Origin: Candidatus Cloacimonadales bacterium
GTDB lineage: Bacteria > Cloacimonadota > Cloacimonadia > Cloacimonadales > JAFGVF01
Assembly: GCA_963678315.1 (NCBI GenBank)
Contig: OY782781.1
Location: 2,237,482 to 2,301,481, forward strand
DNA length: 64,000 nt
Direction: 5' to 3'
Position numbers and translations under genes: made by a program. Below, in pieces: positions 11,251 through 19,496 of this stretch (within the stretch, counting starts at the first letter, position 1; each line of letters opens with the position of its first letter). Under the pieces are notes generated by a model that did no database searches, was not told the origin of the DNA, and saw only the letters and a program-made list of their open reading frames with translations.

Positions 11251-12608
11251 TATCCGATAACCTCAAGAATAGAATCATAAGTAATGTTTAGCAATCTTTC
11301 AAAGTCATCTTGACTAATTGATAGAGGAGGCATTATAACAATGATATCTCCCAATGGACGTAAAATTAGCCCCTTTTCACGTGCTTTAAGTATAATTTTA
11401 TGGCCTACCTGGTCTTTTTGAGGAAAATTCTCTTTTGTTGTTTTTTCTTTTACTAGCTCAATAGCTATCATAATTCCTTTATTTCTTATATCTCCAACAT
11501 GTTTTAACAAAGCAAATTTATACTTAAAGTCATCGAATAATTGTATATTTTTTGCCACATTATCTAAAGTCTTTTCCTCTTCGAATAAATCTATGTTAGC
11601 TATTGCTACTGCTGAAGCAAGAGCATTACCTGTAAAAGTATGTCCATGATAAAAAGTTCTGCATTCTTCAGGCTCACCTAGAAAAGCTTCATAAATTTCT
11701 TCAGTTGTAACTGTAGCTGCTAATGGAATATATCCACCAGTAATACCCTTTGCCATACAAATTATATCAGGCTTTACATCTTCTTGCTGGCAAGCGAACA
11801 TTGTACCTGTTTTACCAAATCCTACTGCTACCTCATCACATATCATTAATATTTCATACTTTGTACATAGCCTTCTTACTTCTTTTAAATAACCCTGAGG
11901 ATGAACAATAAGTCCACAAGCTCCTTGAACTAAAGGCTCAATTACAAGAGCTGCAATTTCATTGTGATTGTTTGCCATGATTTCTTCTAATTGCCTAAGA
12001 CAATAATCTTTACATTCTTCTTCAGTCATACCACCATTTAACCTATAGCTATAAGGAGATTCAGCTTTGAATGAATTAAACAGTAGAGATGAATAAACTT
12101 TATGGAATAAATCAATTCCCCCGACACTTACAGATCCAATTGTGTCACCATGGTAGGCAGATTTATATGATATGAATTTTCTCTTGTTTTTAGAACCGTT
12201 TATTGATTGTTGTTGATACTGGTAAGCCATTTTGAGAGCAATTTCAACAGAAGTTGACCCATTATCTGAGTAGAATACTCTAGTTAGATTATCTGGGGTG
12301 ATTTCAATTATCTTATCAGATAATTCAATTGCTACTGAATTTGTCTGGCCTAGAAGAGTTGAATGAGATACTTTATGAACTTGATTAATAATAGCTTCAT
12401 TTAGTTTAGGATGATTATGGCCATGGACATTAGTCCATATAGAAGAAATACCATCTATATATTTTTTACCTTCAATATCATACAAATATATCCCTTCTCC
12501 CCTTTCTATAATCAAGTGTTCTTCATTATTTAATTGTTTCATTTGTGCAAAAGGGTACCACATGTTTTGCTTTGAAGACTTCATTAAATTTTCTTTTCTA
12601 GATTCCAT
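11250..12608 (-). CDS. bioA: Adenosylmethionine-8-amino-7-oxononanoate aminotransferase
   Basis: 452 aa class III aminotransferase (WYPF.., HGHNHP, DEVAVGFGKTG, PLP Lys in MAKGITGG), sitting between bioB and the fab-like genes. Confidence 0.85.
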   Translation of the reverse strand: MESRKENLMKSSKQNMWYPFAQMKQLNNEEHLIIERGEGIYLYDIEGKKYIDGISSIWTNVHGHNHPKLNEAIINQVHKVSHSTLLGQTNSVAIELSDKIIEITPDNLTRVFYSDNGSTSVEIALKMAYQYQQQSINGSKNKRKFISYKSAYHGDTIGSVSVGGIDLFHKVYSSLLFNSFKAESPYSYRLNGGMTEEECKDYCLRQLEEIMANNHNEIAALVIEPLVQGACGLIVHPQGYLKEVRRLCTKYEILMICDEVAVGFGKTGTMFACQQEDVKPDIICMAKGITGGYIPLAATVTTEEIYEAFLGEPEECRTFYHGHTFTGNALASAVAIANIDLFEEEKTLDNVAKNIQLFDDFKYKFALLKHVGDIRNKGIMIAIELVKEKTTKENFPQKDQVGHKIILKAREKGLILRPLGDIIVIMPPLSISQDDFERLLNITYDSILEVIG

Positions 12609-13536
12609 AAGTTACTAATCCTTGATCTCTTATCATTTGCTTATCCTCATCAATTGACCTTCCAGTAGTTGTTAAATAATCTCCAATCATAATTCCATTA
12701 GCTCCTGCCTGGAAAATTTTATCCTGTAGATGTTTTAATGTCTTCTCCCTACCACCAGCTATACAAATGTTAATATCTGGATTGATAACTCTAAATAGAC
12801 TTACTACCCTAAGAGCTTCTTCAGGATCCAATAACGCTTGTTTTTCTAATGGTGTGTTTGCAATAGGATTAAGAAAGTTCAATGGAATAGCATTAATATC
12901 TAACATGCTTATATACTTGGCCATTTCATAACGTTGTTCCCAAGACTCTCCCATACCAATTATTCCACCACAGCAAACTTCTAGTTCTGCTTCTTTTGCA
13001 TTTTTTATTGTTATGACAGAATCTTCAAAGTCATGACTTGAACAGATACTTGGAAAGAATGTTGGAGATGTTTCAATATTATGATGATATCTATCAAAAC
13101 CAATTATCTTTAACTTATCGGCTAATTGTTTGCTTAGTAATCCAAAGGAAGCACATAATCTTAAGTTTGTTTTTTCCTTGATTTTGCAAATTACAGGTTC
13201 AAGCCTTTCTAACTCTTCAAATGTAATATCTCTTCCACTAGTAACAATCGAAAATTGGGTTGCTCCATTATCAAAAGCTTTTGTAGCACTGCTAAATATC
13301 TGATCGTTACTTAGTAAATTGTATTCTGTGATATTAGTGTTATAATGAACTGATTGAGCACAATAGGCACAATTTTCCGGACATCTACCAGATTTTGCAT
13401 TGATTATAGCACATTGGTATATTTTATTACCATGTTTGCTATTTCTTAACAAATGTGTTTTTGCTAATAACTTATCTAAATCTTCATTAATAACATAATT
13501 TATTAATTCATAGTCTATCTCAAATTCATCTAACAT
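12598..13536 (-). CDS. bioB: Biotin synthase (radical SAM)
   Basis: CPENCAYCAQS radical-SAM Cys triad and YNHNIETS. The ORF track starts at GTG 13548. The likely real start is ATG 13536 (MLDEF...), with an AGGTG RBS 9 nt upstream. Confidence 0.9.
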   Translation of the reverse strand: MLDEFEIDYELINYVINEDLDKLLAKTHLLRNSKHGNKIYQCAIINAKSGRCPENCAYCAQSVHYNTNITEYNLLSNDQIFSSATKAFDNGATQFSIVTSGRDITFEELERLEPVICKIKEKTNLRLCASFGLLSKQLADKLKIIGFDRYHHNIETSPTFFPSICSSHDFEDSVITIKNAKEAELEVCCGGIIGMGESWEQRYEMAKYISMLDINAIPLNFLNPIANTPLEKQALLDPEEALRVVSLFRVINPDINICIAGGREKTLKHLQDKIFQAGANGIMIGDYLTTTGRSIDEDKQMIRDQGLVTYGI

Positions 13537-13541
13537 TTTTT

Positions 13542-13570
13542 TGTACACCTTCTATCTTTTAGGGTGTACA
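13542..13570 (-). promoter_or_regulatory. Candidate BirA operator (bioO): TGTACACC-N13-GGTGTACA palindrome over the bioB 5' leader/RBS. A TTGACA -35-like hexamer lies at 13590-13595 on the minus strand.
   Basis: Perfect 8-bp inverted repeat resembling the BirA site half-sites (TTGTAAACC...GGTTTACAA in E. coli), immediately upstream of bioB. Confidence 0.5.
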
Positions 13571-13636
13571 TTTTAATCTTTTGTATTTTTGTCAACAAAT
13601 AATGCTCTATGTGACTCTTTAATCACTAAATGATAT

Positions 13637-13833
13637 TACACCAAAAAATGTACTAGGACTTGAAAATAGCACTATATTATTCCTGTGAGGGCGTAGCTTT
13701 AGCAAAGACTCATGGTAAGAATAACTTCCATAATAACAACAAGAATATATTATTACTCGAGCGTCGATTCTGTATGCTATTTTGCTCAACTATATAGCAC
13801 TATTTTCGTCACAACTAATGCTTCATTTGGGTT
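13637..13833 (+). mobile_element. MITE-like repeat, copy 1 (~197 bp), with imperfect terminal inverted repeats ACACCAAAAAATG...CATTTGGGTT
   Basis: About 85% identical over its length to the reverse complement of 58235..58399. It lies between the bio promoter and the terminator of the upstream oxidoreductase operon. Confidence 0.7.
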
Positions 13834-13856
13834 AAATACATTAAGTATAACAATAA

Positions 13857-13890
13857 AAAGAGCGAGAATGTATGTTCTCGCTCTTTAAAT
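13857..13890 (-). terminator. Rho-independent terminator of the 2-oxoacid:ferredoxin oxidoreductase operon
   Basis: Minus-strand hairpin AGAGCGAGAA-cataca-TTCTCGCTCT followed by TTTTTATT, directly after the gamma-subunit stop. Confidence 0.8.
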
Positions 13891-13908
13891 TTATTTTAGT
13901 TATTAGAA

Positions 13909-14448
13909 TTAACTTTTTGCTAATTCAATACCTTTTTTAATTGCTACTAAGTTCATTGCAAGCAACTCAGGATTTCTTTTTTCTAAGAAAGCTGTTAAGT
14001 CACTTTCTAAAGTTTCATATTTAACCATATCAGTTAAGCCGATAATAATACCGATAGCTAACATGTTTAGAACTTTATCTGAACCGATTTCAGTTGCCAT
14101 TTTTGATAATGGTGCGCTGATAGTTTTAATTCCATCATAATTAGGAATATTATTACATAAATCTTCATTTGCAATAATAAATCCGCCTTTTGTTACATTT
14201 GAAGCAAATTTATCAATTGATGGTTGGTTAAGAGCAATAAGTACGTTAGGGAAAGTAACGATTGGTGATGCGATTGGGTTCTCTGAGATAACAGCTGCTA
14301 CATTAGCTGTACCTCCACGCATTTCGGGACCGTATGATGGCAACCATGAAACGTGTTTACCTTCTTTCATACCAGCTTTAGCTAAGAATTTACCTATAGT
14401 TAAAGCACCTTGTCCACCAAAACCTGAACTTATAATTTCATACATCAT
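13909..14448 (-). CDS. 2-oxoacid:ferredoxin oxidoreductase, gamma subunit
   Basis: 179 aa POR/KOR/VOR gamma-family sequence (GFGGQG...), last gene of a delta-alpha-beta-gamma operon. Confidence 0.8.
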   Translation of the reverse strand: MMYEIISSGFGGQGALTIGKFLAKAGMKEGKHVSWLPSYGPEMRGGTANVAAVISENPIASPIVTFPNVLIALNQPSIDKFASNVTKGGFIIANEDLCNNIPNYDGIKTISAPLSKMATEIGSDKVLNMLAIGIIIGLTDMVKYETLESDLTAFLEKRNPELLAMNLVAIKKGIELAKS

Positions 14449-15194
14449 TATTTCACCTCTCCTTCATCTCTGAATTGACCAATTGGGAAGAAAGGTAACA
14501 TGTTATCTTTAGCCCATTTTAATGAATCAACAGGAGAAATACCCCAGTTAGTAGGACAAGTTGATAGAAGCTCAACAAAAGTAAAGCCTTTACCTTCTTT
14601 ATTATATTGAAGAGCTTTTTTAACAGCTTTTTTAGCTTTAATAATATCAGCAGGAGATAATAATGAAACTCTTTCAATAAAGTATGGTGCAGATAAAGTA
14701 TTTAATAATTCACATACTTTAATTGGCATACCTACATCATCTGTTTTTCTACCATAAGGTGAAGTTGTTGTTTTCATTTCTGGTAATGTTGTTGGAGCCA
14801 TTTGACCACCAGTCATACCATAAATAGCATTATTTACGAAGAATACAGAGATATTTTCACCTCTATTAGCAGCATGAACGATTTCAGCAGTACCGATAGC
14901 TGCTAAGTCACCATCACCTTGATAAGTGAACACTTGCATATCAGGTCTAGCTCTTTTAATTCCAGTTGCTACAGCTGGAGCTCTACCATGAGCAGCTTCT
15001 GCCATATCCATGTCAAAAAACTTATATGCAAATACTGAACAACCAACAGGTGCAACACCAGTTGCAGTATCTTGAATTTCTAATTCGTCTATAGCTTCGG
15101 CTATCAATCTGTGAGCTACACCATGAAGACAGCCTGGACAGTAAGTAAACTGTAAATCAGTTAAAGATTTAGGTCTTGTTGCGATAACTTCCAT
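14448..15194 (-). CDS. 2-oxoacid:ferredoxin oxidoreductase, beta subunit (TPP-binding)
   Basis: 248 aa with the TPP-binding GDGD and conserved Cys cluster (CPGC...C) of the beta subunit. Confidence 0.85.
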   Translation of the reverse strand: MEVIATRPKSLTDLQFTYCPGCLHGVAHRLIAEAIDELEIQDTATGVAPVGCSVFAYKFFDMDMAEAAHGRAPAVATGIKRARPDMQVFTYQGDGDLAAIGTAEIVHAANRGENISVFFVNNAIYGMTGGQMAPTTLPEMKTTTSPYGRKTDDVGMPIKVCELLNTLSAPYFIERVSLLSPADIIKAKKAVKKALQYNKEGKGFTFVELLSTCPTNWGISPVDSLKWAKDNMLPFFPIGQFRDEGEVK

Positions 15195-15202
15195 TATATC
15201 TC

Positions 15203-16282
15203 CTATAAATTCTCTTCAATTTGTGCTTTGATTTCTTCAGGTGTAAATACTATACCACCAACTTTTCCGTAAAATTCAACTGGAATTTTACCATTAACAG
15301 CTAATTTTACATCTTCAACCATTTGACCTAAGTTCAATTCAAAAACCATAACTTTTTTAACTTTATCAGTTAAAGCATTAGCAATAGTTGAATATGGATA
15401 AGGCCATACAGTGATAGGTCTGATTAAACCAATATTCTTACCTTCTGCATTTAATTGGTCAATTGCAGATTTAACGATTCTTGAAGCAGTACCAAAGGCA
15501 ACACAAACCATTTCGTTATCAGGGTTTATATTATATTCTTCTACACGAACTTCATTTTCTTCGATTAATTTATATTTTTTACCTAAATCAATAACATGTT
15601 GTTCTAGAACTGAAGGATCAATTTCTAAAGAGTTGATTTCATTATGATGAGGAGCTTCACCTTCTTCTTTTGGATGAATACACCAATCTTTATGATCATC
15701 ACCTTGCTTAGCTATTTCTTCATCTGAAACTGCGTCTTTAAATTCAACAGGTTCCATCATTTGACCAAGCATACCATCAGATAAAATCATTACAGGTATT
15801 AAATATTTATCTGCTAAGTCAAAAGCTTCAGATGCCATATCAGCAAATTCTTGAACTGATGATGGAGCTAATACAACTGTATGATAGTCACCATGACCAC
15901 CACCTTTTGTTGCTTGGAAATAATCACCTTGAGCAGGTTGGATATCGCCTAAGCCAGGTCCACCACGTTGAACGTTAACGATAACAGCAGGAAGATTAGC
16001 ACCTGCAATATATGAAATACCTTCCATCTTCAATGAGATACCAGGAGATGAAGATGATGTCATTACTCTTTTACCAGTACCAGCAGCACCGTAAACCATG
16101 TTAATAGCAGCAACTTCACTCTCAGCTTGTAAAAAAGTACCATTAACGGTAGGCATTTTTTTAGCCATATATTCAATTAACTCACTTTGTGGAGTAATAG
16201 GATAAGCGAAATAGAGTCTACAACCTGATCTAATAGCAGCTTCAGCGACAGCTTCGTTACCTTTCATTAAAACTTTTGCCAT
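15203..16282 (-). CDS. 2-oxoacid:ferredoxin oxidoreductase, alpha subunit
   Basis: 359 aa pyruvate/ketoisovalerate oxidoreductase alpha family. Confidence 0.85.
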   Translation of the reverse strand: MAKVLMKGNEAVAEAAIRSGCRLYFAYPITPQSELIEYMAKKMPTVNGTFLQAESEVAAINMVYGAAGTGKRVMTSSSSPGISLKMEGISYIAGANLPAVIVNVQRGGPGLGDIQPAQGDYFQATKGGGHGDYHTVVLAPSSVQEFADMASEAFDLADKYLIPVMILSDGMLGQMMEPVEFKDAVSDEEIAKQGDDHKDWCIHPKEEGEAPHHNEINSLEIDPSVLEQHVIDLGKKYKLIEENEVRVEEYNINPDNEMVCVAFGTASRIVKSAIDQLNAEGKNIGLIRPITVWPYPYSTIANALTDKVKKVMVFELNLGQMVEDVKLAVNGKIPVEFYGKVGGIVFTPEEIKAQIEENL

Positions 16283-16293
16283 TCCTTATCTCC

Positions 16294-16503
16294 TTATTTT
16301 TCGATGGTTATTGCTACATCTGGACATGTTGTGTAGCATAATTTACAAGCTATACATGCTTCTTGGTCAAAACATTCAGCATAATTATAACCTTTTTCAT
16401 TAATATTTTCGGAAAATCTGATTATCTTCTTAGGACATGCAGCGATGCATAATCCACATCCTTTACAATAAGAAGGATTAACTGTCATTCTTGCCATAAC
16501 CAT
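16294..16503 (-). CDS. 2-oxoacid:ferredoxin oxidoreductase, delta subunit (2x[4Fe-4S] ferredoxin)
   Basis: 69 aa with two CxxCxxCxxxCP motifs. Confidence 0.85.
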   Translation of the reverse strand: MVMARMTVNPSYCKGCGLCIAACPKKIIRFSENINEKGYNYAECFDQEACIACKLCYTTCPDVAITIEK

Positions 16504-16515
16504 GACTCCTTTATT

Positions 16516-17733
16516 TTATTTTATATTGAGTTCTTTTTTAATTATTCTTGCTAATCTTATGATACCTTCAAGATTCTTTTCTTTTGAAGCATAAGAGAAG
16601 TTTAATCTTAATGTGTTTCTACCTTCACCATTACAGAAGAAAGATGTACCAGCAACAAAAGCAACATTCTCTTCAGAAATTGCTTTCTTAATTAGCTCGT
16701 TAGTATCAATACTTTCCGGTAGAGTCATCAATGTAAATAAACCACCTTCAGATTTAGTCCAAGTAACACCTTCTGGCATATACTCTTCAAGAGCATTCAT
16801 CATTACTTCTTTTTTAGCTTGGTACATTTCAATAATCTTTTTAATATTTACTTCAAGAAGACCTTTTTGCATGTATCTAGCTGCAATTCTTTGAGTGAAA
16901 GGAGGAGTACAAAGGTCAGTAGCCTGTTTAGCAACAACAATTTTATCAATAATGTCAGCATTAGCAATAACCCAACCGATTCTGAAACCAGGAGCAAATA
17001 TTTTAGAGAATGTCCCTAATAGTACAACCTGTTCAGTACCATCTAATTGGTACATTGTTCTTTGATGTTCACCTTCAAATCTTAACTCTCTATAAGGTGA
17101 ATCTTCAATTATTAGAATGTCGTACTTGCGCGCGATTTCAATAATTTCTAATCTTCTGCATTCTGGCATAGTGATACCTGCAGGATTTTGGAAATCAGGA
17201 ATGATATAGATGAACTTAGGAGCTTCATTATTATCTTTCATTTTAATAATGGCTTCTTCTAATAGATCAGAACGCATTCCTTTATCATCAAGATCAACAC
17301 CTACAATATTAGCACCATAACTGTTAAAAGCGCTTAGTCCACCAAGGTAAGAAGGCAAACCAACAATAACTTTATCACCAGGATTGATGAAAGCTTTAGC
17401 AATTAAATCAAGTGCTTGTTGAGAAGCTGTTGTAATTACTAAATTATCTGTAGTAATATTATGTCCTTCATTAACATATTTTTTAACTAACTCTTCTCTT
17501 AAAATAGGATCACCTTCAGTTGCTCCATATTGTAGAACTGTAGTTCCATCAGTATTAAGAACATCACAAGCTATGTCTCTTAATTCTTCAGTAGGGAAGG
17601 ATTCAGGAGCAGGTAGTCCACCAGCAAATGAAATAATCTCAGGTTTGTTAACCAATTTGAGGAGTTCTCTAATTGCAGAACGTTTCATTCCTTTAACATT
17701 TGTTGAGAGGATTGAATCTAAATTTTTAATCAT
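16516..17733 (-). CDS. PLP-dependent aminotransferase, class I/II (aspartate/aromatic aminotransferase-like)
   Basis: 405 aa fold-type I aminotransferase (SFSKIFAPGFRIGW Lys motif), first gene upstream of the oxidoreductase operon. Confidence 0.75.
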   Translation of the reverse strand: MIKNLDSILSTNVKGMKRSAIRELLKLVNKPEIISFAGGLPAPESFPTEELRDIACDVLNTDGTTVLQYGATEGDPILREELVKKYVNEGHNITTDNLVITTASQQALDLIAKAFINPGDKVIVGLPSYLGGLSAFNSYGANIVGVDLDDKGMRSDLLEEAIIKMKDNNEAPKFIYIIPDFQNPAGITMPECRRLEIIEIARKYDILIIEDSPYRELRFEGEHQRTMYQLDGTEQVVLLGTFSKIFAPGFRIGWVIANADIIDKIVVAKQATDLCTPPFTQRIAARYMQKGLLEVNIKKIIEMYQAKKEVMMNALEEYMPEGVTWTKSEGGLFTLMTLPESIDTNELIKKAISEENVAFVAGTSFFCNGEGRNTLRLNFSYASKEKNLEGIIRLARIIKKELNIK

Positions 17734-17765
17734 GGTTCCTCCATATTTATATTTTTTTTGTTTTT

Positions 17766-19070
17766 TTATGAATTAATGAATTTCATTTCATTGAATTTTG
17801 ATATCTGGCTTTTTACACTTTCGATATCGGTATCAGGTATATCTAAACTATACTTGAATGACTTTTCTTTCTCAATGTATATTTTCTCACTTACATTGTA
17901 CTTTTTTTCAAGAAAACTAATCAATGATACCATTTCAACTGGAACTAGTATGTTAGTATCTGATTTATTATCTCTTAAGACTTTTTTAATAATCTCATTT
18001 ATAGTGTCAACATTTGTTTTATCTTTAGCTGAAATAAATACACTGTTAGGATATTTTATGTTCAAACTTTTACGCAAAAACATACTAGCAACACTTTCAA
18101 TTTTATCAACTTTATTAAATACCATGACAGTTGGAATACTACTAGCCCCAATATCTTTAATAACAGTTTCAACATCTGCTATTCTATCATCTGCCCTAAT
18201 CTGGGAAACATCTACAACATGAAGAAGTAAATCTGCATCAATTACATCTGACAAGGTCGAGTGGAAAGAGCTAATGAGTGTGGTTGGTAGATTTTTTATA
18301 AATCCTACTGTGTCTGTTAAAACAACTTTACCAGCCTCACTATATAGAAATTGCGATTTAGAATCTAAGGTAGCAAATAATTCGTCTGCAACATAAATAT
18401 CAGATTTCGTTAGCACATTAAAAAGGGTACTTTTACCTGCATTAGTGTAACCAACGAGAGCTATTCTAAAGAAATCTTTCCTTTTCTTTCTTTGCACAGA
18501 AGATACAGTTTTTATTTTTGACAACTTCTTCGTAAGAAAAGAAATCCTTTTCTTAACCAAGCGTCTATCAATTTCTAATTGTTTCTCTCCCGGACCTTTA
18601 GTTCCTAATCCACCAGCAATTCTTGAAAAATGTTGCCATAAATTTCTTAATTTAGAATAACTATATTCTAATTGTGCTAGTTCAACTTGAATCTTTGCTG
18701 CATTAGTTCTAGCATGCATAGCAAAAATACTAAGAATTAATTCTGTCCTATCAACAACATTAGCTTTTGTAGCTTCACTTATATTCTTAGCCTGAGCAGG
18801 TGTAAGATTATCAACGAAGACCAAAGTTTTTATATCATTAGAAAAACACAATTCCCGTATCTCTTCTAGTTTGCCTTTACCAATATAAGTATCAGACTTA
18901 TTATGTGACAAAGCCTGGGTAAAACTATCTACAACATTTAAATTAGCTGTTTTGCATAGAAGAATAGTTTCTTCAACTAGCTGCAGAAAAGTATCTTGAG
19001 ATTCGGTTTTTATATAACTACCAACTATAAAAACTTTTTCACTAGGTTTATCAATAAACTTATGATTCAT
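17766..19070 (-). CDS. hflX: GTPase HflX
   Basis: 434 aa. HflX N-domain followed by G-domain motifs LVGYTNAGKSTL (G1) and DTVGF (G3). Confidence 0.85.
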   Translation of the reverse strand: MNHKFIDKPSEKVFIVGSYIKTESQDTFLQLVEETILLCKTANLNVVDSFTQALSHNKSDTYIGKGKLEEIRELCFSNDIKTLVFVDNLTPAQAKNISEATKANVVDRTELILSIFAMHARTNAAKIQVELAQLEYSYSKLRNLWQHFSRIAGGLGTKGPGEKQLEIDRRLVKKRISFLTKKLSKIKTVSSVQRKKRKDFFRIALVGYTNAGKSTLFNVLTKSDIYVADELFATLDSKSQFLYSEAGKVVLTDTVGFIKNLPTTLISSFHSTLSDVIDADLLLHVVDVSQIRADDRIADVETVIKDIGASSIPTVMVFNKVDKIESVASMFLRKSLNIKYPNSVFISAKDKTNVDTINEIIKKVLRDNKSDTNILVPVEMVSLISFLEKKYNVSEKIYIEKEKSFKYSLDIPDTDIESVKSQISKFNEMKFINS

Positions 19071-19347
19071 ATATTAAAACTTTTTTGAAATTTTGTCTCC
19101 ATTTTCTATATTCTTCTTTTATATCAAGTTCAAATAAAGTTTTCTTATCTTCGCTAGAGAACATAACAATATTCATAAAATGAGCCCTTCCATCTTTACC
19201 TTTGAAACTTTTCATTGGAAATTCGACTCTAATATCATCATCATCTCTTAAAATAGTAATTTCATTTAAGTAAATACCTTCAACAAGTTCTATGACAGCT
19301 CTAGCAAGAACTGAGCCTTGTGAAACATCGCGAAATTTAATTTTCAT
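19060..19347 (-). CDS. SpoVG-like small regulatory protein
   Basis: 95 aa. The pattern ITILRDDDDIRVEFPMKSFKGKDGRAHF resembles the SpoVG core (DIRVI...F.AMP.R...G). Overlaps the hflX start by 11 nt. Confidence 0.5.
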   Translation of the reverse strand: MKIKFRDVSQGSVLARAVIELVEGIYLNEITILRDDDDIRVEFPMKSFKGKDGRAHFMNIVMFSSEDKKTLFELDIKEEYRKWRQNFKKVLIYES

Positions 19348-19496
19348 ATTTATTCCTAATTATTTTTTTTTATTTTACTAAAGCACAACTATAATGTCAA
19401 GTTTTTTCAACAAAAATATATATACTACATATATCCTGTTAACAGTTAAGAAAAAATTCTTTCTTTTTTTATTTTACAGATTAATTGGACTAGATT

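Noticed and set aside
17758-18222. 154-aa plus-strand ORF inside hflX and numerous other 60-120-aa ORFs on the strand opposite long genes (for example 3279..3473, 4435..4683, 15411..15647, 16613..16894, 31692..32054, 54454..54927, 61018..61209)
   Set aside because: They lie entirely within well-supported longer CDSs on the other strand and have low-complexity or AT-codon-driven composition. They carry no motifs and are treated as spurious antisense ORFs.
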